Source: Octopus bimaculoides (lineage: Eukaryota). From it: a stretch of 33,353 bases of DNA. The position numbers and the translations under genes were made by a program. The stretch spans positions 1,482,112-1,515,464 of the forward strand of contig NC_069002.1 of assembly GCF_001194135.2 (NCBI RefSeq), in the 5' to 3' direction. A model generated the notes under the pieces. That model did no database searches. It saw only the letters and a program-made list of their open reading frames with translations, and had not been told where the DNA came from. This document shows, piece by piece, positions 10,003-21,608 of the stretch (the first letter of the stretch is position 1; every line of letters begins with the position of its first letter).

Positions 10003-11502
10003 TTTCGGGCATGTGCGTGTGAGTTTGTGCATGTGACGAGTAAGTCTTCAAATAAGCTATGAATAAACAATTTAACACATTCTTGTGTCNNNNNNNNNNN
10101 NNNNNNNNNNNNNNNNNNNNNNNNNNNNNNNNNNNNNNNNNNNNNNNNNNNNNNNNNNNNNNNNNNNNNNNNNNNNNNNNNNNNNNNNNNNNNNNNNNNN
10201 NNNNNNNNNNNNNNNNNNNNNNNNNNNNNNNNNNNNNNNNNNNNNNNNNNNNNNNNNNNNNNNNNNNNNNNNNNNNNNNNNNNNNNNNNNNNNNNNNNNN
10301 NNNNNNNNNNNNNNNNNNNNNNNNNNNNNNNNNNNNNNNNNNNNNNNNNNNNNNNNNNNNNNNNNNNNNNNNNNNNNNNNNNNNNNNNNNNNNNNNNNNN
10401 NNNNNNNNNNNNNNNNNNNNNNNNNNNNNNNNNNNNNNNNNNNNNNNNNNNNNNNNNNNNNNNNNNNNNNNNNNNNNNNNNNNNNNNNNNNNNNNNNNNN
10501 NNNNNNNNNNNNNNNNNNNNNNNNNNNNNNNNNNNNNNNNNNNNNATATATATATATATATATATATATACGCATACATATGCGCATAACTCATTCTACA
10601 ACTTTTATTATTTATGCGTTCATTAGAAACATGTTGTCCGGTTCCGCCATGACATTATTCTCAACAGAAATCCTCGGTTTATTTCCTTCTGGAGGCATGA
10701 ACTTTCATATTTATTGATGAATTACGAAAGACTCCATCATTGTTTAATAACAAATTTCATCTCATAAAAAATCTCAATAGAGTTTATACCCCGTATCCCA
10801 CCCATATATTGCTTTTCAATTGTCACATACAGAAGATATTTTTTTTTTATAACTATATAATTAATTTATATTGTAACATTTAATACTTTATTACAATTAC
10901 CTTTTCCACGAGCATCCTCCCTTCGTACGTATTATATTATTGATCTAACCTTCATAATCTCTCTCTCGTCGTCTTCGCCTTCTCGTTTCTTTATAGCATC
11001 CCACTCTCCACAATCTCCTTGTCTTTCGTCCTTCCCTTTCTCTCCCTTTCTCCATTCGTACCTCCTAATCTGTCTTTTCTAAATGAGCCACTATATCATT
11101 CCGTTTTTGTATTTGATTTTCTAAGATATTTCATGTAAGCAGACCCTCCCAAAGAACAACAAGCGCCAGACAAGTCCTCTTTAAAACAATATATTACACA
11201 ATTAAAGCCGTCTTCCTTACACATTTTTTATTTATCTCCACCCGTTTTCTCTCTTCAGCTTTTAATCTCATACAACATTAATATGGACAATCTGTTTTAT
11301 TTTATTTTTAATCCATAGACATTAACATTTTCTTTTTATCGTTCATTATCGATCATTATTTTCTCTTTTTTCTTCGACCCCACCACTTTTTTCCTCCATT
11401 TTAATGGCCTTGTTCATTTCGGTCATATTTTCTTTCTTCTTTCTTCTTTTTTATTCTTTCCGTTTCCTAAGTATCCATATATATATATATATATATATAT
11501 AT

Positions 11503-11578
11503 GCGACGGGTTTCTTTCAGTTTCCGTCTACCAGATCCAATCACAAGGCTCTAATCAGTCAGAGGCAGTGAAGAGACG
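11503..11578 (-). mobile_element. SINE family A body fragment abutting (TA)n
   Basis: GCGACGGGTTTCTTTCAGTTTTCCGTCTACCAGATCCAATCACAAGGCT is the reverse complement of 4976-5021. Confidence 0.85.
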
Positions 11579-11639
11579 AACGCTCCAACTAAAGAGAGAA
11601 AACTGTCCCCTCCATTGAAGGGCAATCCTTCACAACAAT

Positions 11640-11925
11640 GCTCCTGAAGAGATTGGTGCACATGATTGCACAAGATTCGATCCTGCAGCAAATGATACAC
11701 TGCTTCACACAGGTTGTCGTATACTTTGGAAACGAAAGCAGCTTTAAGAAGACAAAAGTTCTTCACCAACCTACTCTCTAGTAGATTACTAACAATTTGC
11801 ACCATCATCATCATCAAGAAGAAAGAACTCAATACAATCAAGTAGTGAAGCTACTTTGGGTGTGTAACTTTCTCAGATGCGAAGATTGTTAAAGAGGTTA
11901 ACAATAGATTGGTAAAAGCTGAAGA
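11640..11925 (+). pseudogene. Degenerate RTE-clade (BovB-like) LINE reverse transcriptase fragment
   Basis: ILQQMIHCFTQVVVYFGNESSFKKTKVLHQP, then after a frameshift and stops KELNTIK**SYFGCVTFSDAKIVKEVNNRLVKA. Matches the RTE pattern ALQ...CF...FGL..SLKKTEVLHQP...FTYLG.TIS.DAKIDKEVDNRLAKA. Confidence 0.8.
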
Positions 11926-12349
11926 TGAAGGAAAACTGTGGCGACCGCGAAGAAATATAAAACACAAAATAATAATAAATAAATAAAGGTTAACTTTGAT
12001 GATTTTTTCGTTTATAATTATTTTCCCCATCAGTCTTAATATGTACTCATCTAAACGCGTTTCTAATTAGTAAGACGAGAGTCTGAAATAGTTATTTAAC
12101 CTAATAGGAAAAAATCTGGATATAGAGATATTAAAAATGTAGGTAATAAAACGGAGAATAATAGCCGTAATAATTGGGGTCTCGGTTGTGATAAACACAT
12201 GAAAGAAAATGGAAAAAAGGAGTTCAAAAGAAGAGAATTCTCTCCTGGGTAAGCTAACTGAAAACAGAACTCCAGAAAATTATTCCATTTGGGAGAATGC
12301 GCACATACTTTATCCTAAAAAGGACCCTCACGGAATGCTAATAACACGT

Positions 12350-12879
12350 GCAAACGCATACACACCTACCCACCCACCCACTCACAGGCACAAGGACGCA
12401 TGTATCTATGTCTATACGTATACATACAAAGACACATTCACACACGTGCGTAGAGATACACATACACACATATGCACACGTCTTGCTTTCATTTCTAGCT
12501 TTCTCTCTCTCCTTCTCCCCCCTCTCTACCCCCTTCTTTCTCTCTCTTCAGGTATGTATATGTTTGTGTGTATTGGTATATGTATTTGCATATATGTGTG
12601 TGTGTGCGTGTGTGTATATATATATACGTGCATATATATATATACGTGTGTATATATATATGTATGTATATATATACGTGTGTATATATATGTATGTATA
12701 TATATACGTATATATGTACCTGCATATGCTCATACATATATATATATATATATATATTACACACATATAGGTTTGTGTGTGGTAGTTATATGTATGTATG
12801 TATGTATACTTCTATATATATATAGATACATATATCATACGTGTGTGCATATATTTATGTAGACAGACAGACAGACAGT

Positions 12880-12933
<54 letters not shown>
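12350..12933. repeat. Compound microsatellites (CA, CT, TA/TG, GATA) including a ~30-bp TATATACGTGTGTATATATATGTATG repeat
   Basis: Direct reading. Confidence 0.9.
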
Positions 12934-13589
12934 NNNNNNNNNNNNNNNNNNNNNNNNNNNNNNNNNNNNNNNNNNNNNNNNNNNNNNNNNNNNNNNNNNN
13001 NNNNNNNNNNNNNNNNNNNNNNNNNNNNNNNNNNNNNNNNNNNNNNNNNNNNNNNNNNNNNNNNNNNNNNNNNNNNNNNNNNNNNNNNNNNNNNNNNNNN
13101 NNNNNNNNNNNNNNNNNNNNNNNNNNNNNNNNNNNNNNNNNNNNNNNNNNNNNNNNNNNNNNNNNNNNNNNNNNNNNNNNNNNNNNNNNNNNNNNNNNNN
13201 NNNNNNNNNNNNNNNNNNNNNNNNNNNNNNNNNNNNNNNNNNNNNNNNNNNNNNNNNNNNNNNNNNNNNNNNNNNNNNNNNNNNNNNNNNNNNNNNNNNN
13301 NNNNNNNNNNNNNNNNNNNNNNNNNNNNNNNNNNNNNNNNNNNNNNNNNNNNNNNNNNNNNNNNNNNNNNNNNNNNNNNNNNNNNNNNNNNNNNNNNNNN
13401 NNNNNNNNNNNNNNNNNNNNNNNNNNNNAATGTGTTATTTCTTATTTGCTTCTATCTAGAAATAAAAGGAAATGACTACTATTCCCTTCACCTTTTGCTT
13501 TTCAATGTTAGTTTCAATGCTTTGAAACTAACACATTTTCCATTACATTTCAGACTGTGTTGCTGAAGCAGAAATATCGTTCTAGCAAA

Positions 13590-13750
13590 TATTCTACTCA
13601 ATACCACAGATTTTGCTTGTCATTTGCTTGACCTTAACAACTTGGGCATGTCCCTTAGCGGCTGACAATATGTACATCTCAAAAGATAAGCAGAAGTAGT
13701 GGGGGAGCATCATAGCCATGTGTTGCGAGGGATTCTTTGGGGTTTGAAGC
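13590..13750. mobile_element. Probable fragment of another interspersed repeat (unclassified)
   Basis: CAATACCACAGATTTTGCTTGTCATTTGCTTGACCTTAAC...CATGTCCCTTAGCGGCTGACAATATG...AGAAGTAGTGGGGGAGCATCATAGCCATGTGTTG. Recognised from memory as a high-copy octopus repeat; there is no second copy in the window to confirm it. Confidence 0.4.
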
Positions 13751-15269
13751 GAAGTTTGAAGGAAATATTAACCATTTTTCACAATTTATAAGAGTGAGCA
13801 AATAGGAAAACAGCTGCGACCCAAGAACAAAAACCCTGTTACACTGTGGAATGGGCCAAGAGTTTTGGGCGCTGGCACTTATCATTGCATATGAGTGTGC
13901 ACATGTGTGTTTATATTTGCATATATGTATGAATGTATATATGTGTGAGAGAGAGAGAAAGAGAGAGAGACTATGAGAGAGAAAAGATAGAGTAAATGTG
14001 TTATGTGGTGACATTCGGACTTATATCTTTGAGTTCTTTGTCTGAAGTGGCCAGGCCATGTTGTTGTGAACTTGTCACGCCCAGGAATATACACTTACAA
14101 CATATATAAAGACGTGTGTGCGTGTGTGTCTTTGCATGTATGTGTATGCATAAACACATACACACAGAACACACAAACACGGACACACGCACACATAGAT
14201 ACATATATACATTATATACACGCACACACATACACATTAGCTCATCCAACTTAGAGATGACACTCGTGCCCCTCCCCTCTAACCCAATGTGTAGTCATAG
14301 CAACTTATAGTCCATGATTGATATATTTTAGTAATCCATCCCTACCACTGGGACTACTAACATTACTATTGTTGATATTTTCCNNNNNNNNNNNNNNNNN
14401 NNNNNNNNNNNNNNNNNNNNNNNNNNNNNNNNNNNNNNNNNNNNNNNNNNNNNNNNNNNNNNNNNNNNNNNNNNNNNNNNNNNNNNNNNNNNNNNNNNNN
14501 NNNNNNNNNNNNNNNNNNNNNNNNNNNNNNNNNNNNNNNNNNNNNNNNNNNNNNNNNNNNNNNNNNNNNNNNNNNNNNNNNNNNNNNNNNNNNNNNNNNN
14601 NNNNNNNNNNNNNNNNNNNNNNNNNNNNNNNNNNNNNNNNNNNNNNNNNNNNNNNNNNNNNNNNNNNNNNNNNNNNNNNNNNNNNNNNNNNNNNNNNNNN
14701 NNNNNNNNNNNNNNNNNNNNNNNNNNNNNNNNNNNNNNNNNNNNNNNNNNNNNNNNNNNNNNNNNNNNNNNNNNNNNNNNNNNNNNNNNNNNNNNNNNNN
14801 NNNNNNNNNNNNNNNNNNNNNNNNNNNNNNNNNNNNNNNNNNNNNNNNNNNNNNNNNNNNNNNNNNNNNNNNNNNNNNNNNNNNNNNNNNNNNNNNNNNN
14901 NNNNNNNNNNNNNTATATATACATATATATATATATGTATATACACACACACATCTACAAATAACATTTTAAAAATGTAATATACGTTGCAATACTTGGC
15001 TGTCTGCAAATATTTCATTTTGTCCTTGCTTATCAAACAATTTAGACATCACTGGAATTGAAACCGTGGATATACAGCTGTGATGAATTACGAAAAACTA
15101 AAAAGTAAATACATTCATGAAATACAGACGAGGATAGAAAACGGGAAGCTAAGGGGATTAGTTTTGGTATAACAATTGCTCTTACGCGCAAGCGGTGCCT
15201 CTAAAATATTTATTCTCCAAACATTTTTATTATTCTACGCCGACCAATGAGCGATGCCTTTAAAAAATA

Positions 15270-15333
15270 TAATAGGTGAGAAGGTCATTGCTGGAACGCT
15301 TGATCAAAGCTATTCTGGGACTAAACAACAACA
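15270..15333 (+). mobile_element. Interspersed repeat family D 3' end
   Basis: GAAGGTCATTGCTGGAACGCTTGATCAAAGCTATTCTGGGACTAAACAACAAC. Similar to 2435-2465 and to the (CAA) end at 2220-2243. Confidence 0.55.
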
Positions 15334-15439
15334 TTAATTTTATAATAGCCATCTAAGTTGCATACTTGTTGTAAATACATCATTTAAAGGCGACTTTACT
15401 TTGGTACTTGTTCGGAGATAACATCTGTTATGGACGCGC

Positions 15440-16280
15440 TGTGACGATGATGATGACGATGATGATAATGACGATGATGATGGCGATGATCATGGTGATG
15501 ATGATGACGATGACGACGATGATGATGACGATGACGACGATGATGATGACGATGACGACGACAATGTTGAAGATGATGATGACAACGATGACAATGATGA
15601 CGCTGATGATGATGAAGAGGCTGATATTGTTATTGATGTTTAAGTCAATGTCACTATTGTTGTTGTTATTGTTTTGCCGCCCATGACGGTTGTTGATGTT
15701 AATGTTGACATTGCTCTTGATATGATAATGCTGTCAATTCTCTTCTTGTTGCTGTTGCTGTTGTATCGGTGGTAGTGTCAGTGGTGTGGACGGCAATACT
15801 GCTTATTCTTCAAGCAGTGGAGAAATTTTATTTACAACTAACACTGTTCTTTGAATGGTTGTCCTTCTGCTGGCGATGGTCGTAGTGACAGTGGTAGCAG
15901 TGGTTTGGTTAGTGGTAGTGTGGTTGTTTGGTGTCAGTAAAAGTGGTTGTGGCGACGGTAGTATTACTGGTGGTACTGGTAGTGGTCGTCGTCGTTGTTT
16001 TTACAGTTGTTATATTTTCTTATATTTGCTGTAGTAATATAATGATCTCAGCGTTGGTTTTGTTGTTTTACAGTTAATGTTACAGTCATTGTTGTTGTTG
16101 ATATTGTTCTACTACTGCTACTACTACTACTAAGTTTTTCAAATTGATCTTTTCCTCCCCGCTTCTACTTCAAATAATAAAATAATGCAGATGATGATGA
16201 ATTACTGTTGTTGTTGTTGTTGTTGTTGCTCTTCTTTTTCTTCTTCTTCTTCTTACTGTTGTTGCTGTTGGCTGTCAATG
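15440..16280. repeat. (GAT/GAC)n, (GGT/GTA)n, (GTT)n and (CTT)n trinucleotide arrays
   Basis: Direct reading. Explains the poly-M/T ORF at 15408-15686. Confidence 0.95.
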
Positions 16281-16646
16281 ATGGCTAATATACTTTCCTG
16301 AACGTATCAACTTTCGTTATTAGTGTAGCATTTAGGTGGGATGAGATGCCTGGTTGATGGAGATGTACTAACAGCGATGGAGAGAAGTTGGAAGTAGAAA
16401 GACCATGAGGAGGAGGAGGTGGAACAGTAAAGTTGAGAATTAGGCGAAGGAGGAGGAAGAGACGGTAAATTAATGGCCGTCGGGCAGCGAAGAGATAACG
16501 TCATCAGATAAACTATGGTTCAACTGTGTTATTATTTATTGTATGGAGGTGTCAGCATTTGAAACCTGATACTTGCTGTTTGAAAACTTCTTACGCATCA
16601 TCATAAGTTTCTGTTCTCTCCTTCTTTCACGCCCTCGACGCACGCA

Positions 16647-16850
16647 TATAGGCACAAAGCCTGAAGTTTTGAGAGAAGGGGCCAGACGATAAATAGACCC
16701 CAATGCTCAACTGGTACTTAGTTCATCCTACTTTGAAAGGATGAAAGACAAGGTTGACTTCAGCGTAATTTGAACGCAGAACGTAAAGACGGACGAACGA
16801 AATGCTGCTAAGCATTTGTTCATAGTGTTGACGATTCAGCCAGCTCACCA
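16647..16850 (-). mobile_element. tRNA-derived SINE family B, near full length
   Basis: AGGCACAAAGCCTGAAGTTTTG...GGATGAAAGACAAGGTTGACTTCAGCGTAATTTGAACGCAGAACGTAAAG...GCTAAGCATTT...GACGATTCAGCCAGCTCACC is the reverse complement of 27503-27675. Confidence 0.85.
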
Positions 16851-16885
16851 CCTTAATATATATATATATATGCACATACAAACAT

Positions 16886-16940
<55 letters not shown>

Positions 16941-17139
16941 CTTACGCCTACTACGTAGCTTTGTGTTAAGCTCTCCTATTTACCAAGTACAAATGCATCG
17001 TTACAATATTCGATAATATTTTAGAAGGCAAATCTAACGTTCTGTCTTTCGCAATCGTCCGCTAAGTGGCAACGTGAAGGTCGGATTGATCTGAGAAAAT
17101 TCAGCTTCCACTAAATTATGTGGATTTGTGTGTATGTGT

Positions 17140-17180
17140 AAGTGTCCATATGGATGTGTGTGAATACACACATACATACG

Positions 17181-17218
<38 letters not shown>

Positions 17219-17488
17219 TGAGTCACAGAAACAGACGCTTAGACAGATTTTACTTTCCCATTCATGATGAAAGATCTTTCATATTTTGTCTACCAACCTT
17301 AAATTCTACTTGGGGGATCTAAAGTTACAAACACACACACACATATGCATACACACACACACACACACATATATATATGCACGAATGTATGCACATATAT
17401 ATAAATATATATACGTACATATGCATATAAACATACATATTTACATGTTTATGAGAATAGCATATACACGCAAACATGCATATAGATA

Positions 17489-17539
<51 letters not shown>

Positions 17540-17810
17540 TCATATATAAATATACATATCTATATATATATTCATATATAAATATACATATCTATATATA
17601 TATATTCATATATAAATATACATATCTATATATATATATATATATATTCATATATATGTATATATATATATATATATTCATATATATACATATCTCTCTC
17701 TATATATATATATTCATATATATGTATATGTATATATTCATATATATATGTATGTATATATACATATGTGTGTTTATATATATATATGTGTGTGTGTATG
17801 CTTTTGTTTC
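17140..17810. repeat. (GATA)n, (CA)n and (TA)n, with a ~32-bp AT-rich minisatellite (CATATATAAATATACATATCTATATATATATT, about 3 copies) at ~17541-17650
   Basis: Direct reading. Confidence 0.9.
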
Positions 17811-18349
17811 TATTTATGTTTGAATACGACTTCGCATGTTTGTACTTGTTCGTACATCAATTTTTTAAGGAGGGGGGGAGCGTCCTTGTATATTTTGCTC
17901 CCAAAATGTTTCCCCTGGAACCATATGAAAAAAATAAACAAAAAAGGGAAAATAAAACCAAATAAACAACAACAAAAATATTCCTTTGATATTTCTCCCT
18001 TTTCTTTCCTTTTTATCACTCTCTCTCTTCTCATTCCTTCATCTCTTCCTCTTCCTCGTCCTCTCTCTCTCCTCCCCCCCCCCACCTCCTTTTCTTCTTT
18101 CACCTGTTATGTTAACTAATAACGCTTCTACAAAGATACGGTTATTGGAAACAGCAGCAGCCAGCGAAATCCATGAAGCGTGAAATCTGTGTTTCGCACG
18201 AGCTAAGAGACACAGAACGGGGGACTCCACCCCAACCCCTCAGAATCCCACAACCCCCACATCGTCGAGAGTGGAAGGATGGGTTACGGCGTGCAGAATA
18301 CTCGTTGCATGTGTGCGGTGACGGTGGCGGTGCAGGCAGCAGTGGTCTG

Positions 18350-18650
18350 ATGTTGTTGAAGACGATGATGCTGATGATGATGACGGAATTCATGCTGCTG
18401 CTGATGATGATGGTGATGATGATGATGGTGTTAGTTTTGTTGATAGTGTTATTTATACTACGGTTATAGCAGTAGTAGTAGTAGCAGCAGCGGTGGTGGT
18501 GGTGCTGGTACTGATGATATTACTGGTATTGTTTTTGTTGATGGTAGTGATGGTGGTGGTGATGTTGGTGGTAATGCTGCTGATGGTGATGGTGGCGGTG
18601 GTCCGCGTCGTCGTCGTCGTTGTGGAATTGATGACGATGGTGATGCCGCT
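18350..18650. repeat. (GAT/GGT/GTA/GTC)n compound trinucleotide array
   Basis: Direct reading. Confidence 0.95.
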
Positions 18651-19287
18651 ACTCCCACCCACCCAACCAACCACTACCCACCCCCCGTTACTCTTTTCTC
18701 AATCACGCCACCAGACGTCGTTCTGAGACCAAACAATCGGTGTGAGGTTGAGGTGGGCATGTTGGGAAATGTATTTATCTATTTGTTTATCAATTGATTT
18801 ATTTATTTAATGTAAAAAAATTCGGAGGAAAGAGAAGGGTGTGGTCCACAGCAGTAGGGGGNNNNNNNNNNTTCTGATTTTCTTTTTATTTATTTTTCAT
18901 TTGTTTTGTTTTGTTTTTTTTCAGCGTCTTTTTCTTTTTTTAATTTTATTTTCTCGCCCACCAAAAACTTTATTTCCTATACCGCTCCCCTTCGCTCCTG
19001 CCCAACATTCGTACGACGCACCCTCCCGCCGCCGCCGCCGGACGAAACTAGGACGCCAGACACGTGCTTGTGATCACCGCAGCTGAAACGGTTATCTACC
19101 CGTGGGTCGGTTAGATGAGCGACCAGGGAGATAAGAGCAAAGAAGGATATGTATTGTTTTTCTTAGGACTTTTGCTGTTGTTTTTTTGGGGTATTGAGGG
19201 TAGAGATTAAGACGGAGGGGTGAGTTGGGAGTTTATGTTGTTTTTTTTTTAAATAAAAAAGAAATATTATTTATGTTGCTGTTGCTT

Positions 19288-19322
<35 letters not shown>

Positions 19323-19364
19323 CCGCACATACGTGTGTGCGCGCGTGTGTGGAATTTCTCTTTT

Positions 19365-19545
19365 AATTGCTTCAGTCAGTAGACTGCGGCCATGCTGGGG
19401 TACCACCTTGACGAATTTCAGTCGAACCAATCGAACCCAGTACGTATCTTTTAAGTCTGGTACTTATTCTATCGGTATCTGTTGCGGAACCGCAATGTTA
19501 CGGCGACGCAAACAGAGCGATACTGGAGCATCAAACTAATACACC
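19365..19545 (-). mobile_element. SINE family A tail half
   Basis: GACTGCGGCCATGCTGGGGTACCACCTT...GGTACTTATTCTATCGG...GGAACCGCAATGTTACGGCGACGCAAAC is the reverse complement of 20760-20905. Confidence 0.85.
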
Positions 19546-19639
19546 TGCTTGTTGTTCTTTCACTTGTCTTCGTCTTTTGTTTCCTGTAAATTTGAACTAC
19601 ACACACAATCCACGATCGGCCATCAAAACTTTATCTCAA

Positions 19640-19880
19640 GTACATATCATCACCATCATCAACACCATCGTCAATACAACCAACACTACCATCATCATCC
19701 CCATCATCATCAACACCACCATGACCATCATCATTGCAAAATACCACCTGCATCGTCGCCGTCATCATCACACCCACCATCATCCCCACTATAACACTGT
19801 CGTCGTCATCATCAACATCATGACAAAACCTTGACAACCACTCCCACCACTCCCTCCACTACCATCATCATCATCGCCGT
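19640..19880. repeat. (CAT/CAC/CGT)n compound array
   Basis: Direct reading. Confidence 0.95.
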
Positions 19881-20729
19881 AGAAAGTATGAGTGGTTTCG
19901 ATTCCTGCAGCCCCTTCCATCGCCACCTAAATATGAAATGCTGTCAAATTTCCAAAGCCCTTGTTTTCTTTGACCCCTTTATTGCCTGTTCCGCACTCCT
20001 TAGCTAGAGGGAAGACTAAGCTACAAAGTTATGTTACCTCCCCTTTTTCTTCTGAATATCGAAACTCCCTTACTGAGTCGGTCGTTTGGTCATGTCTCTT
20101 ATGTGGCAACGTCAAGCATGCATGTTTGCGGGGGTCCTTGTTAATGTTTCCTTGTGTCGTAATGTCTCACACACAGACACATGTGTATGTGGTAGGTCCT
20201 TGTTTTGTTTTCTGATTTTGTTTGAGTTTTATTTTATTTTTCTGGCATCAGCTCTTAACAGCCGCCCCCCCCCCCCACACACACACAAACACACACATGC
20301 TTTTTTTTTTCTTAACTATCAACAAGTCTGATGTTGCCTCTATTACGTGGTAGGTCCTTCTCTGACCCTTATATTTCTGAGGTCAGCTTATAACATCAAA
20401 AACACTCTCGCAACTGTCAACATCCCCCAATGCTGCTTGTGTAATGCGGTGGGTCCGTCTCTGACCCATAGCAACACCATTATCTTTCATTGACAGGTGT
20501 TACGTTAAAATCTTTTGTGTTACAACTCTCTTCGTGGTGTGACTGTGTGTCTATGTGTGAGTATGTGTGTGTGTATGACTGTGTGTGTATGTGTGTGGTA
20601 TTGTAGTGCTTGTGAGATTTTGTGATGTGTGTTTCTGTGTTATATTGTGATATCATAATATCGCTTTCAAACTTTGACACAAGGCCAGCAAGTTAGGTGG
20701 AGAGATTTGGTTGATTATGCGTGTGCGTG

Positions 20730-20916
20730 TTTTTGTGCTGTCCTCCACCATCACTTGACAACCGATGTTGGCGTTTACGTCCCCGTAACCTAGCGGTTCG
20801 GCAAAAAAACCGATAGAATAAGTACTAGGCTTACAAAGAATAAGTCCTGGGATTGATTTGTTCGACTAAAGCAAGCCGGTACTCCAGCATGGCCGCTGTC
20901 AAATGACGAATAAAAG
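20730..20916 (+). mobile_element. SINE family A tail half
   Basis: CCTCCACCATCACTTGACAACCGATGTTGGCGTTTACGTCCCCGTAACCTAGCGGTTCGGC...GATAGAATAAGTACTAGGCTTACAAAGAATAAGTCCTGGG...CTCCAGCATGGCCGCTGTCAAATGAC. Homologous to 5050-5176. Confidence 0.9.
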
Positions 20917-21039
20917 TATATATATATTCGAAAAAAAGTTCGATTTCTGTCTCCGTCTTTATGTTTTCGCTCCTCATTGTGTTTAACGGTTTTTGTGATG
21001 TCCTGTACCCATATATGCATACATATATAGATGTAGGTA

Positions 21040-21088
<49 letters not shown>

Positions 21089-21091
<3 letters not shown>

Positions 21092-21200
21092 GCTTCGACA
21101 TTTACCGTCTTCCAAATTCACTCCCAAGGCATTACCCAAAATGCTGCACAGTGAGGTTAAACCCGAAACTCCGTGACCAGAAGGAGTCCTGCTTTTGTAA
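21089..21200 (-). mobile_element. SINE family A head half (diverged, small internal deletion) abutting (TA)n
   Basis: GGGCTTCGACATTTACCGTCTTCCAAATTCACTCCCAAGGC...CCCAAAATGCTGCACAGTGAGGTTAAACCCG is the reverse complement of the 4900-5016 region. Confidence 0.7.
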
Positions 21201-21206
21201 CGTTAA

Positions 21207-21429
21207 CCCATTAAGTCCCACAGTCTTATAAATAGGATACTAAATGAGAACATCGAATAAGCTATATCACATTGTCTCAGTATCCTATTTATAGGACACC
21301 GAGTATTTCCATTTCTACTTGAAGTAAAGGAGTTTTGATAATTATTTTTTTCATTTTAACCTATTTTCAATCATCTGTAAAAATTTAAAAGTAATATTCA
21401 GAAATTTAAGTGCTCTGAGACTTAATGGG
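21207..21429. mobile_element. piggyBac-like non-autonomous MITE (223 bp) with TTAA target-site duplication
   Basis: TTAA at 21203-21206 and 21430-21433. TIRs CCCATTAAGTCCCACAG and CTCTGAGACTTAATGGG match at 15/17. Terminal CCC...GGG plus TTAA is the piggyBac signature. No ORF. Confidence 0.85.
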
Positions 21430-21576
21430 TTAACATAACTTTCATTTATGTTAACATATTTCGATTCTATTTCATAGATTAAAATAACTCAATGTGTAAC
21501 ACTCGAACTCATATCATGACAAGCAGAATAACATAAGAAAATTCTAAATCTGCGTTACTGGAGGGAGGGAGGGACG

Positions 21577-21608
<32 letters not shown>

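Noticed and set aside
10715-15095. Exact 15-mer TGATGAATTACGAAA at 10715 and 15081, resembling a minimal hammerhead core or a C-box
   Set aside because: It lacks the C of CUGAUGA, has no room for stem II and no downstream D-box. One 15-mer match between AT-rich sequences of this length is plausible by chance.
18173-18469. 98-aa ORF in the GC-rich block
   Set aside because: The second half is a (GAT) repeat and the first half has no recognisable domain.
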